Shown here: positions 40,100 to 48,918 of the stretch, one piece after another
How positions within the stretch are numbered: position 1 is the stretch's first letter
How the letters are laid out: every line of letters begins with the position of its first letter
Origin: an uncultured Candidatus Saccharibacteria bacterium
GTDB taxonomy: Bacteria; Patescibacteriota; Saccharimonadia; Saccharimonadales; JAGQNJ01
Direction: 5' to 3'
Assembly: GCA_964565615.1 (NCBI GenBank)
Contig: CAZMFO010000001.1
Coordinates: 19,513 to 83,512, forward strand
Length of the DNA: 64,000 bases
Notes under the pieces: generated by a model
What the model saw: only the letters and a program-made list of their open reading frames with translations
Databases searched by the model: none
What the model was told of the DNA's origin: nothing
Position numbers and translations under genes: made by a program

Positions 40100-41260
40100 A
40101 TGTCAGTAGGTAGCTTTACCAAAAGAAAAATGAAAAACAAGTTAAACCAATGGTTAAAAATGTCTGGCGGTGCACTGCGACACCTATTTTTAGCTGTGCT
40201 TATGTTGGTAGTTGTGGCTGGTTTTGGCTTTGGTACTGCTTTACAGGTACGGGCTCAATCTCTTCAAGACCAGATAGATACATTAAAAAAGCAAAACATA
40301 GAGAATAAAAACAATGTTGAAAAACTGCAGGAAGTCGCCATCAGTTACCAGAATGCTATAGAAACCCTAGAACACGATATTGCCGAGACACAACAAGCAA
40401 TTGAGGCGAGCCATAAGCGTCAAGCAGAACTAGAAGCCCAGATTAAACAGGCAGAAGCTGATCTTGTTTTGCAAAAAGATTTTTTGAGCAAGAATATCAG
40501 AGCTATGTATTTAGAGGGGGATATTTCAACCCTAGAAATGTTAGCCTCTAGCAATAATTTAAGTGAATTTGTTGATAAACAACAGTATCGCAACTCTGTA
40601 AAAGAAAAGATAAGTCAATCTGTTAGTAAAATTAGCGATCTAAAACATCAATTACAAGCTCAAAAAGAGCAGGTGGAAGTAGAGCTAAAAGAGCAAAACA
40701 GCAGTAGAGTGCAGTTAGCCAGAAGTCGTGCCGAACAAAGTAGGTTGCTAACTATGAACGGAACGGAGCAAGCAGAGTTTAATAATAAAACAAAAGCAAA
40801 CGAGCAAAAAATTAAAGAATTACAGGAGGCTCAGAGGGCGCTTGAGCGGAGTATCGCATCTGGGAAGTTGGTTAGTCAAGGTCCGGTTAAGCGAGGTGAT
40901 GTAGTTGGAACGGTTGGCAATACCGGATTTTCAACAGGCCCACACTTGCATTTTGAAGCCCGAAACAGTGAGGGAGTAGATATGAACCCAAATAATTATA
41001 TTGGAAGTGGTTGGGACAGACCTGTTGAAGGTGGCTACATTTCTCAAAACTATGGTAATCCCGATTCGGTTTATTATAAAGGCTATCATACTGGGATTGA
41101 CTATGCTGGAGTGTCGGGTCGTCCTGTTAGGGCGGTTGCCGATGGCGAGATTGTCTGGCGAGGATGCAAGGGGTCCTGTAACCTTAATTATGGATATTAT
41201 GTTATGATACAACATACTAACGGCATAATTAGTTTATATGCCCATATGGTTCCAAACTAA
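40100..41260 (+). CDS. EnvC-like coiled-coil protein with a C-terminal M23 (LytM) domain whose halves appear in reversed order
   Basis: Long coiled coil. GTVGNTGFSTGPHLHFE (normally the C-terminal M23 HxH box) comes before YHTGIDYAG...RPVRAVADGEIV...LYAHM (normally the N-terminal HxxxD box). SD GGAGG 11 nt before ATG 40100. Confidence 0.7.
   Translation: MSVGSFTKRKMKNKLNQWLKMSGGALRHLFLAVLMLVVVAGFGFGTALQVRAQSLQDQIDTLKKQNIENKNNVEKLQEVAISYQNAIETLEHDIAETQQAIEASHKRQAELEAQIKQAEADLVLQKDFLSKNIRAMYLEGDISTLEMLASSNNLSEFVDKQQYRNSVKEKISQSVSKISDLKHQLQAQKEQVEVELKEQNSSRVQLARSRAEQSRLLTMNGTEQAEFNNKTKANEQKIKELQEAQRALERSIASGKLVSQGPVKRGDVVGTVGNTGFSTGPHLHFEARNSEGVDMNPNNYIGSGWDRPVEGGYISQNYGNPDSVYYKGYHTGIDYAGVSGRPVRAVADGEIVWRGCKGSCNLNYGYYVMIQHTNGIISLYAHMVPN
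40525..40610 (+). repeat. Gene-conversion-like tract shared with the downstream paralog (41666-41751), including a 48-nt identical core
   Basis: 40543-40590 is identical to 41684-41731. Both encode TLEMLASSNNLSEFVDKQQYRNSVKEKIS. Confidence 0.85.
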
Positions 41261-41273
41261 GAAGGTAGTGAAT

Positions 41274-42425
41274 ATGTCGTCAATTAAACTTCTATCAAGA
41301 AAAATCATAAGACCAAGCATAAGGATACTCTTAATGGGTTTAGTGATTATGATGATGGTTGCTTCTAGTTCGTTATGGATTAGTAGCGTAACGGCTGAAT
41401 CCACTCAAGAAGAGATAAGTAGATTAATACAAGAGAACTCCAATAATCAAAGCACAGTTTCTCGCTTGCAGGTTGAGGCTACTAGTTATCAGGATGCAAT
41501 TAATAAAATGCAGTCCGAGATTGCCGATTTAGAGGCCAAGTTACAGATAAATATCACCGAGCAGAATAGGCTTTCGGAGGAGATAAAAAAAGCCGAAGAG
41601 GAGCTGGCTAAGCAAAGGGATTTACTTGGTAAGAACATTAGGGCAATGTATGTAGAGGGTGAAATGTCAACCTTAGAAATGCTAGCCTCTAGCAATAATT
41701 TAAGTGAATTTGTTGATAAACAACAGTATCGTAACTCTGTTAAAGAGAAAATTAGCGAAACAGTCGTTAAAATTAACGACTTAAGACATCGGCTTAATGC
41801 GCAAAAAGAGCAAGTTGACAAACTGGTTGCCGAGCAAAACCAACAAAGAGAAAAACTGGCAATTAGTAAAAACGAGCAAAATCAGCTTCTCGCTTATAAT
41901 CAAAACCAGCAAACGGACTTTAATAACAAGATCAAAGCTAACTCTAGTCGGCTTCAACAGTTAATTGCCTCGCAACGCAATGCTAACTTTGCCGATGGTG
42001 GATATTACTTTATTCGTTTTTCTGGGCCGGTCGGAGAAATTAATCCGGCAAATTATGAGTATCGCGACTATGGGCATAGTCAGGCAGATGCACCTTGTCC
42101 CGGCCCTCCTGTTAGTGCAGATTCTATTGATCGGTGGGGTTATTGTACTCGGCAGTGCGTGTCTTATGCGGCATGGGCAGTGATGGCATCTGGAAGGTCA
42201 GCGCCTATAAGGTGGGGAGATGCTAAGAATTGGGTGGCTTCGGCATACGCCAATGGAGTGCCCGTTCTTCGCTCTGATCCAAAAAAAGGCGATGTAGCCA
42301 TTAGTACAAATGGATATTGGGGTCATGCTATGTATGTAGAAAGCGTTAACGGCAATCAATTTACTACATCCGAGTATAATACTAACCTAGACGGAAAACT
42401 GTACTTTAGAACAAGAACTTTCTAG
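41274..42425 (+). CDS. PcsB-like coiled-coil protein with a C-terminal CHAP amidase/peptidase domain
   Basis: Coiled coil paralogous to the upstream gene. CHAP Cys in GYCTRQCVSYAAW. His in GHAMYVESV. Confidence 0.75.
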   Translation: MSSIKLLSRKIIRPSIRILLMGLVIMMMVASSSLWISSVTAESTQEEISRLIQENSNNQSTVSRLQVEATSYQDAINKMQSEIADLEAKLQINITEQNRLSEEIKKAEEELAKQRDLLGKNIRAMYVEGEMSTLEMLASSNNLSEFVDKQQYRNSVKEKISETVVKINDLRHRLNAQKEQVDKLVAEQNQQREKLAISKNEQNQLLAYNQNQQTDFNNKIKANSSRLQQLIASQRNANFADGGYYFIRFSGPVGEINPANYEYRDYGHSQADAPCPGPPVSADSIDRWGYCTRQCVSYAAWAVMASGRSAPIRWGDAKNWVASAYANGVPVLRSDPKKGDVAISTNGYWGHAMYVESVNGNQFTTSEYNTNLDGKLYFRTRTF

Positions 42426-42492
42426 AAAAACACTAGAACTTCTGGGGATTAATCTACTATAATAAGAAGCGAAAACAGAAGGGAGTTTTTTG

Positions 42493-43695
42493 GTGCAGGA
42501 TGAAAAAAAACGAGGAATCAGTAAGGGTATCTTTAAGGCTTGGTTAGTTGGTCTAGGTCTTTTTGCGATATTTAGTTTTGGTTATGGTTTGGGGTCGGGC
42601 AATCTTAAGATAGGGGTTAGGCAATCAAAACAGAACAGTCAACTATCATCAAGTCTTGATTTTGCGTCTGTAGAGAAGGTTTATGATTTATTGCGGAATA
42701 ATTTTGATGGTCAGCTTGATTTTACAAAGCTAACAGACGGTATGAAGCAGGGGCTGGTCAATGCAATAGGCGACCCCCATACCGAGTTTATGACAGTCGA
42801 ACAAACTAAGGAATTTAACGATGATCTTAATGGAACATTTAGCGGAATAGGTGCTGAACTTAGCAAAGAAAAAGATATGATTGTTGTGGTTTCGCCAATT
42901 TCTGGGTTTCCTGCCGAGAAAGCCGGACTTAAGGCTAAAGATGCAATAGTTGAGGTTGACGGAGAGAATACTTATGGATTAAGTCTAACAGAGGTAGTAA
43001 GCCGAATTCGGGGTCCTGAAGGAACCGATGTTAAATTGAGGGTAGTTCGTAATCAGCAAGAAGATTTAAAGTTTACAATAAAGCGCGCTAACATCACTAT
43101 TGCTAGCACCGAAGGAAAGATGCTTGAGAATAATACCGGGTATATTAAAATAACTAGATTTTCTGACGATACAACTCAGTTAACAAGAGATCTGGCCAAG
43201 ACTTTGAAGCAACAAGGTGCCAAAGACTTCATCTTAGATCTTAGGGGTAATCCGGGAGGATTGCTTGATAGTGCAGTTGATGTTTCAAGTATTTGGTTGT
43301 CAAGCGGAAAGACCGTTTTACAAGAAAAGCGTGATGGGGTTGTCATTAAGACATATAAAGCAAAGGGAAACGCTTTACTAGAGGGAGTGCCAACCATCGT
43401 TCTGATAGATGGCTCTAGTGCTAGTGCAAGCGAAATAGTTGCCGGAGCTTTAAGGGATAATAATGCCTCAAAATTACTTGGCGTAAAGAGTTATGGCAAG
43501 GGCAGTGTTCAAACTGTTGAAGAATTAGCAGACGGTTCATCATTAAAAGTGACTGTCGCTCACTGGTTTACTCCTAATGGTCAAACAATTGATAAGCAAG
43601 GTTTAGATCCAGATATTAAAGTCGAGTCGTCTTCGGATTCGGAAAGTGATGTTCAATTAAAGTCAGCCCAAGAAGAACTCTTAAAGCAACGATAA
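42493..43695 (+). CDS. C-terminal processing (tail-specific) S41 peptidase with PDZ
   Basis: FSGIGAEL, PDZ (PAEKAGLKAKDAIVEVDG), DLRGNPGG catalytic Ser region. Confidence 0.85.
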   Translation: MQDEKKRGISKGIFKAWLVGLGLFAIFSFGYGLGSGNLKIGVRQSKQNSQLSSSLDFASVEKVYDLLRNNFDGQLDFTKLTDGMKQGLVNAIGDPHTEFMTVEQTKEFNDDLNGTFSGIGAELSKEKDMIVVVSPISGFPAEKAGLKAKDAIVEVDGENTYGLSLTEVVSRIRGPEGTDVKLRVVRNQQEDLKFTIKRANITIASTEGKMLENNTGYIKITRFSDDTTQLTRDLAKTLKQQGAKDFILDLRGNPGGLLDSAVDVSSIWLSSGKTVLQEKRDGVVIKTYKAKGNALLEGVPTIVLIDGSSASASEIVAGALRDNNASKLLGVKSYGKGSVQTVEELADGSSLKVTVAHWFTPNGQTIDKQGLDPDIKVESSSDSESDVQLKSAQEELLKQR

Positions 43696-43784
43696 TAAGA
43701 TTTGCTGGGTATGATAATCTTGTGGTAGTATCATAACAGTTGAGTTTAACATTAATGTTAATTTGCATAGAAGAGGAGTGAATA

Positions 43785-45395
43785 GTGGCGCTGAAGAAGC
43801 GACAGACAAGATATATTTTTGTAACAGGTGGCGTGCTTTCGGGTTTGGGCAAGGGCATTACCGCCGCCTCAATCGGTAACATACTAAAAGCTCGTGGGCT
43901 ATCTATTAACATCCAGAAACTTGACCCTTATCTAAATGTTGATGCGGGTACTTTAAATCCGGCCGAGCATGGTGAATGTTTTGTGACGGCAGATGGAGCC
44001 GAGACCGATCTAGATCTTGGCCATTATGAGCGTTTTTTAGATATAGAAACAACTCAACAAAGTTCGGTTATGAGCGGGCGAATATTACGCCGATTAATTG
44101 AAGACGAACGAGCCGGCAAGTTTTTAGGTAAAACCGTGCAGGTTGTTCCGCATTTAACTGATGCTATTCAAGAGTATATCAAAGAGGCCAGCCAGAACTA
44201 CGATGTTCATATTGTTGAGATTGGTGGAACGGTCGGCGATTATGAGAGCCCAGCATTTTTTGAGGCAATTAGAGAATTTGCTAACCAAGTGGGGCGTGAT
44301 AACTGCCTTTATGTTCAGGTCGTTTATCTGCCATACCTAGAGGCCAGCAAAGAGATAAAAACTAAGCCAGCTCAAAATGCTACAAGGGAGTTAAGGAGCA
44401 TCGGAATCGTGCCAGATTTGTTAGTAGCCCGTTGTGAGCAATCAACGAGTGACGAAGTTCGGCATAAGTTGAGTGCTTTTTGTGGGGTTCCAAAAGAGGG
44501 GATTGCCATATTGCCCAATGCCAAAACGGTTTACGAAGTCCCTTTGACGCTTGAAGATCAAGGTATCGGAGAGTATGTAGCAAATAGGTTAGGGTTACGA
44601 ACCAAACGACCACAGTTAAAACCGTGGCATCAAGTAGTTAACCGAGCATTAACTAAGTTTGATGACAAGGTAACTGTCGGGGTTGTTGCTAAATATATGG
44701 ACAATCAAGATACTTATATGTCCGTTTTTGAGGCATTAAAATCGGCATCTTGGTGGTTGGGAGTCAATTTAAGTATTTTGTGGATAGATGCCGAGAAACT
44801 TGAAGGTGTTGGCTCAAATTTGTCTGGCAAATTGCGTAAAGTTGATGGAATTGTTGTGCCGGGTGGATTTGGCTCACGGGGGGTAGAGGGCAAGATTAGG
44901 TCTGCTCAATGGTCTCTCAAGCATAACTTGCCATACTTAGGTATTTGCTTAGGGTTACAGGTAGGGGTTATTGCTTCGGCGCGGAACGCTGGCCTGCACG
45001 ATGCAAGCTCAACAGAGATCAACCCTAGCACATTACACCCAGTTATTCATACTATGGAAGAGCAGAAAGGCAAGGAAGGTACCGGCGGGAGTATGCGATT
45101 AGGTAATTATCCTTGCGTTTTGATTAAGGGTAGTATCGCAGAGCGAGCTTATGCCAAGAAAAATATAATCGAGCGACATCGACATCGGTACGAGTGTAAT
45201 AATGATTATCGTGATCAATATGATTCGTGGGGGATTTTTGCATCAGGAACATCGCCAGATAATCATTTAGTAGAGGTTATTGAGGCAAAAGATCATAAGT
45301 TTTTTGTAGCCAGTCAGTTTCATCCTGAGTTTACTTCTCGTCCAAATCGTCCACAGCCATTATTTGTGGAGTTTATAAAGAGTTGTAAAAAATGA
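43785..45395 (+). CDS. pyrG: CTP synthase
   Basis: RYIFVTGGVLSGLGKGITAASIG. Glutamine amidotransferase Cys (LGICLGLQ). Confidence 0.95.
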   Translation: MALKKRQTRYIFVTGGVLSGLGKGITAASIGNILKARGLSINIQKLDPYLNVDAGTLNPAEHGECFVTADGAETDLDLGHYERFLDIETTQQSSVMSGRILRRLIEDERAGKFLGKTVQVVPHLTDAIQEYIKEASQNYDVHIVEIGGTVGDYESPAFFEAIREFANQVGRDNCLYVQVVYLPYLEASKEIKTKPAQNATRELRSIGIVPDLLVARCEQSTSDEVRHKLSAFCGVPKEGIAILPNAKTVYEVPLTLEDQGIGEYVANRLGLRTKRPQLKPWHQVVNRALTKFDDKVTVGVVAKYMDNQDTYMSVFEALKSASWWLGVNLSILWIDAEKLEGVGSNLSGKLRKVDGIVVPGGFGSRGVEGKIRSAQWSLKHNLPYLGICLGLQVGVIASARNAGLHDASSTEINPSTLHPVIHTMEEQKGKEGTGGSMRLGNYPCVLIKGSIAERAYAKKNIIERHRHRYECNNDYRDQYDSWGIFASGTSPDNHLVEVIEAKDHKFFVASQFHPEFTSRPNRPQPLFVEFIKSCKK

Positions 45396-45439
45396 GAACA
45401 AAATTGTCAGAACACTAAAAAAGGTGTAGCATTATCAAT

Positions 45440-45829
45440 ATGGATAGTAATGACATAAAGCTAAAGAAGATACTATTAGTAGAGGACGATGATAACTTAG
45501 CTAATGTATATCAGGCTAGGTTAGAAGTAGAAGGTTTTGAGGTTAGGCGCGTACCAAATGGAGAGGATGCTTTGGCGGTAGCCACAGAGTATAAGCCGGA
45601 TCTGGTGTTATTAGATGTAATGATGCCCAAAGTTGACGGCTTCGATGTTCTTGATATTCTAAGAAACACGCCAGCAACAGCCAATCTTAAAATTATTATG
45701 CTTACGGCACTTAGTCAGGAGAATGATCGAGCTCGTGCCACCCAGTTGGGCGTAGATGATTACTTGGTGAAATCTCAGGTAGTTATTGCAGATGTTGTTG
45801 AGCGTATCAAGCAACATCTTGGCATGTAA
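45440..45829 (+). CDS. Stand-alone response-regulator receiver domain (CheY-like)
   Basis: LLVEDDDNLA, LDVMMP (phospho-Asp), KIIMLTA. 129 aa with no output domain. Confidence 0.8.
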   Translation: MDSNDIKLKKILLVEDDDNLANVYQARLEVEGFEVRRVPNGEDALAVATEYKPDLVLLDVMMPKVDGFDVLDILRNTPATANLKIIMLTALSQENDRARATQLGVDDYLVKSQVVIADVVERIKQHLGM

Positions 45830-45851
45830 ACAGAATCAATTTTAAAGAAAA

Positions 45852-45882
45852 GCAATAGCAGTAACACGCTATTGCATTTTTG
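45852..45882 (+). terminator. Rho-independent terminator (GCAATAGC-8-GCTATTGC followed by ATTTTTGT)
   Basis: Read directly. Confidence 0.5.
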
Positions 45883-45923
45883 TAATCTTTATGCTAACAT
45901 ATACCTATTAAGTATAAACAAAT

Positions 45924-47375
45924 ATGCAAGAACCAGACTTTGAAGAATCCTCAAGGCAACAGCCTGAAATAACACCAGCAGAACAGCTTGGGTTGCCAAA
46001 ACAGGTTAATGTGGTACGCACTTCTGGGGAAGTTCAAAGTGATTGGCGCGTCCATAGTTTTAGTGATTTTAATGACCCAAATACCAATGAGGTTAACAGA
46101 TTCGTAAATGTAGTAAGAGCTAACCCGGATGGTAGGGAGTTGCTCAAGACAGTTAGACTAAGTGATCTGCAACAATGGAACGCTCAGCCAGACCAGCCAG
46201 AACTTAATGACGATACGGTTCCTCTAGAGGCGGGTAGGGTTATGGGCGATAGAGTAAAAGAACCGGACCTTGAGCCCAACAGCGAGATTAAAGAAGCAAA
46301 AATCGTCAATTTATCAGGGGATGTAGCATTGAGAGGTGCTGGCATAGAGCTACCTGAGCCAGTACAGCAAGAAGTGGATAATCCCAGAGTACATAGGGCA
46401 ATGGTTGAACTCAACGAAAGTTGGGGACTTCCAGAGGGCACAACCGCAGAGCAGGCGGCAGTCAAGATAGAGACAGAGTTAGAGCGTGTCAACGGGGTTT
46501 TGAAGTTATTACATGGATTTGATGGTGTTAGAGGTTCAGTGGTTAATCAATTGCACGCTAGCTTGAATGAAGGCAAAATGTTGTTGACTGGTTCCGGTAG
46601 ACGAGCACTGGAAGAGATGGTTTATGACAAACGATTTGCAGGCCTACAACGACTAGCTTCAGGCGGAGACAAGGCATTTTTGCCCGCAAAGATTAGTGGT
46701 CGGCTAAAAGACTTTGAGCGAAGTCTCAACGGCTTAAGGTATGGACTTGACGAGATGAATAGTCGCGGACCAAACTTTATCGATACTGAAGGTGCTCAGA
46801 TTACCCTAAGGTCGTTGCGTCAAATGCCAGAAATCACAGCTTTATTGTCTCAGGCGCGTTCGCGTCTTGAGGAGGCTCGCCAGGACCTAGTTGGCTACAA
46901 AGAGACAGAGCGAAGTACAGAGACAGAGACGATAAAGTATCGTAATGAACGGATTGAGATGTTGTCGCAGGAACTCGTGGGGGAAGTTACACCAGAAAGA
47001 TTAGAAGAAATAATTCAGGAAACAGAGGCTTCTATTACTCTTGAGGTTGGTATGGTTGATGATCCAAATTCACCACACCGATGGTTCGGAGATAGAATTC
47101 TTGCCAACACAAATAAAGATCGTGCACGAGTTGATATTACCGGACGCCAAGAACATAAAAAAGCATCTTCGAGACGCTATGTTGCCGAGCTTATGGTTGA
47201 TATGATGAGAGGTATGTTTAGGGCAGACTTGGCATATGATGCGATTGTATTGAGCAACAAGAGCGTTGGTGGTGTAAAGCTTGGACAGCATAGAGCGGCA
47301 GCTTTGGCGATGCTGTATGGTAATGAATGGCCTAAGATAGTTGATAAACTTGGCCACAAGGTTGAAAGAGAGTAG
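45924..47375 (+). CDS. Hypothetical acidic protein (483 aa) with predicted coiled-coil segments
   Basis: ORF with coding-like composition. No recognizable motif, no TM, no signal peptide. Confidence 0.5.
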   Translation: MQEPDFEESSRQQPEITPAEQLGLPKQVNVVRTSGEVQSDWRVHSFSDFNDPNTNEVNRFVNVVRANPDGRELLKTVRLSDLQQWNAQPDQPELNDDTVPLEAGRVMGDRVKEPDLEPNSEIKEAKIVNLSGDVALRGAGIELPEPVQQEVDNPRVHRAMVELNESWGLPEGTTAEQAAVKIETELERVNGVLKLLHGFDGVRGSVVNQLHASLNEGKMLLTGSGRRALEEMVYDKRFAGLQRLASGGDKAFLPAKISGRLKDFERSLNGLRYGLDEMNSRGPNFIDTEGAQITLRSLRQMPEITALLSQARSRLEEARQDLVGYKETERSTETETIKYRNERIEMLSQELVGEVTPERLEEIIQETEASITLEVGMVDDPNSPHRWFGDRILANTNKDRARVDITGRQEHKKASSRRYVAELMVDMMRGMFRADLAYDAIVLSNKSVGGVKLGQHRAAALAMLYGNEWPKIVDKLGHKVERE

Positions 47376-47431
47376 TATCTAAGAATCACTATAGGAATGT
47401 GGTGATTATGTGATAAATCTCAAGCTTTGGT

Positions 47432-47704
47432 TTATTCGACGGTAACTTCGGTTCGGCGAACCGACTTGCCGGTAAAGAGTCTAACTTTTCGGGTGTTATA
47501 CTGAACTACGCCGTCTTTTGAGGCATGAATTGTAAAGTTTCGGCTCATATAGGTACCTTCGCCCGGTCGTTTTGTAGCTCCGACTTGCCGAACAATAACT
47601 TGACCATTTTTAACCTTTTGTCCGCCAAATAACTTAACACCAAGTCGTTGACCCGGACTGTCATGGACATTTTTACTACTACCGCCTGCTTTAACTTTTG
47701 ACAT
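47432..47704 (-). CDS. rpmA: 50S ribosomal protein L27
   Basis: MSKVKAGGSSKNVHDSPGQRLGVKLFGGQKV...IVRQVGATKRPG matches L27. Confidence 0.9.
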   Translation of the reverse strand: MSKVKAGGSSKNVHDSPGQRLGVKLFGGQKVKNGQVIVRQVGATKRPGEGTYMSRNFTIHASKDGVVQYNTRKVRLFTGKSVRRTEVTVE

Positions 47705-47705
47705 A

Positions 47706-48881
47706 TTACTTCCTTGCTAAAATTACTAGTTCACGACCAACAATCTGATTATCTCGATGATAAATCAAATCCTTATCTTGAGTATGAACAAAACTTATAC
47801 GAGTATACCCCATATCTGTTAGTCGGTCAAGCACCGGCAAGCGTTTAAGTCCATTTTTGGTAAACCAAGCGGGGACAGCTAGGCACATTCTAAAACCCGG
47901 CTTAGTTTGTTTGGCGACATTTTGTAAAAACTTGGCAATGATCGTGTTGGCATCGTTAATAACTTTTTTTAATCTTTCTTGGTTTGGTTCGGTTGAGAAG
48001 GGGCTCCCTAGGTAGGTTTCTGTGGCGATGGTGTCAAATATTTGCCACGAAAAGCTACAACTATCACCAACTTCTAGTAGATACGATTGTTTAAGTTTAC
48101 TAAATTCGGGGCGCTCACCTAGCCAATCAAGGTTGATTTTTGCATAGTCAATCATTTTTTTATTAATATCGGTGCCGTAGGCATCGTGTCCCATAATTAG
48201 AGCTTCTTGAAGTATTACCCCAGTTCCACAAAAAGGATCAAGCACCTTTTGCTGTTGATGTGGCGAGGCGAGGTTGATGATTGATTGCGCCAGTTTAGGG
48301 GGCAACATACCAACTCGGGCATCTCGCTTGGGTCGTTTTTGATCGCGCGAGGCGTAAGCGTTGATATTTTGAATCTGTCGGGTTTTGGCAATAATACAAT
48401 TCTGGCCGTTGCTAGCAATAACTATCTCTAGCCCAAGAGTAGAGGTTAGCTTGTTGTAAATGACTTGTGCAGTATTTAGGGTAATGGTTTTATTTGGAAT
48501 AATCCTTACCGAACGATTTTCCGCTCTTAGCTTGTTTTTAATCTGTAGCCCAGTTGCACTAAGGGTTCTGGGGTTGGTCGTCAGCCCATAAACACTAAAA
48601 CCAAGATTAATTTTACCTGCCGGCAAGGTAGAGGTCAGCTTAATGACTTCGTCGGAAACCAATTCTGCTACAGAGTTCCAAGAAGTTGTTTGCGTTTGAG
48701 CTAAAACCTGACAAACTTTTAGGGTACCACCCAAGCAATCAAGGCGAACTTCTTGATACGGCTGGTTAATAAGTGCTGTTGTTTGACCATAGGGCAAAAG
48801 ATTATTGGCTCCGAAGATACTTTCTAGTTCGGCTAATGAAATGGGCGGTTGGCGACCAAGAATCAATAAACTCTGATACAT
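47706..48881 (-). CDS. Class I SAM-dependent methyltransferase, RlmL/Trm-like (COG0116-type) with a non-canonical motif IV
   Basis: VLDPFCGTGV (motif I). TETYLG sits where (D/N)PPY is expected. Upstream of, and translationally coupled to, rpmA. Confidence 0.45.
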   Translation of the reverse strand: MYQSLLILGRQPPISLAELESIFGANNLLPYGQTTALINQPYQEVRLDCLGGTLKVCQVLAQTQTTSWNSVAELVSDEVIKLTSTLPAGKINLGFSVYGLTTNPRTLSATGLQIKNKLRAENRSVRIIPNKTITLNTAQVIYNKLTSTLGLEIVIASNGQNCIIAKTRQIQNINAYASRDQKRPKRDARVGMLPPKLAQSIINLASPHQQQKVLDPFCGTGVILQEALIMGHDAYGTDINKKMIDYAKINLDWLGERPEFSKLKQSYLLEVGDSCSFSWQIFDTIATETYLGSPFSTEPNQERLKKVINDANTIIAKFLQNVAKQTKPGFRMCLAVPAWFTKNGLKRLPVLDRLTDMGYTRISFVHTQDKDLIYHRDNQIVGRELVILARK

Positions 48882-48918
48882 ACTAGCTTATAGTATACCT
48901 GTTATAATAGGATTATCT

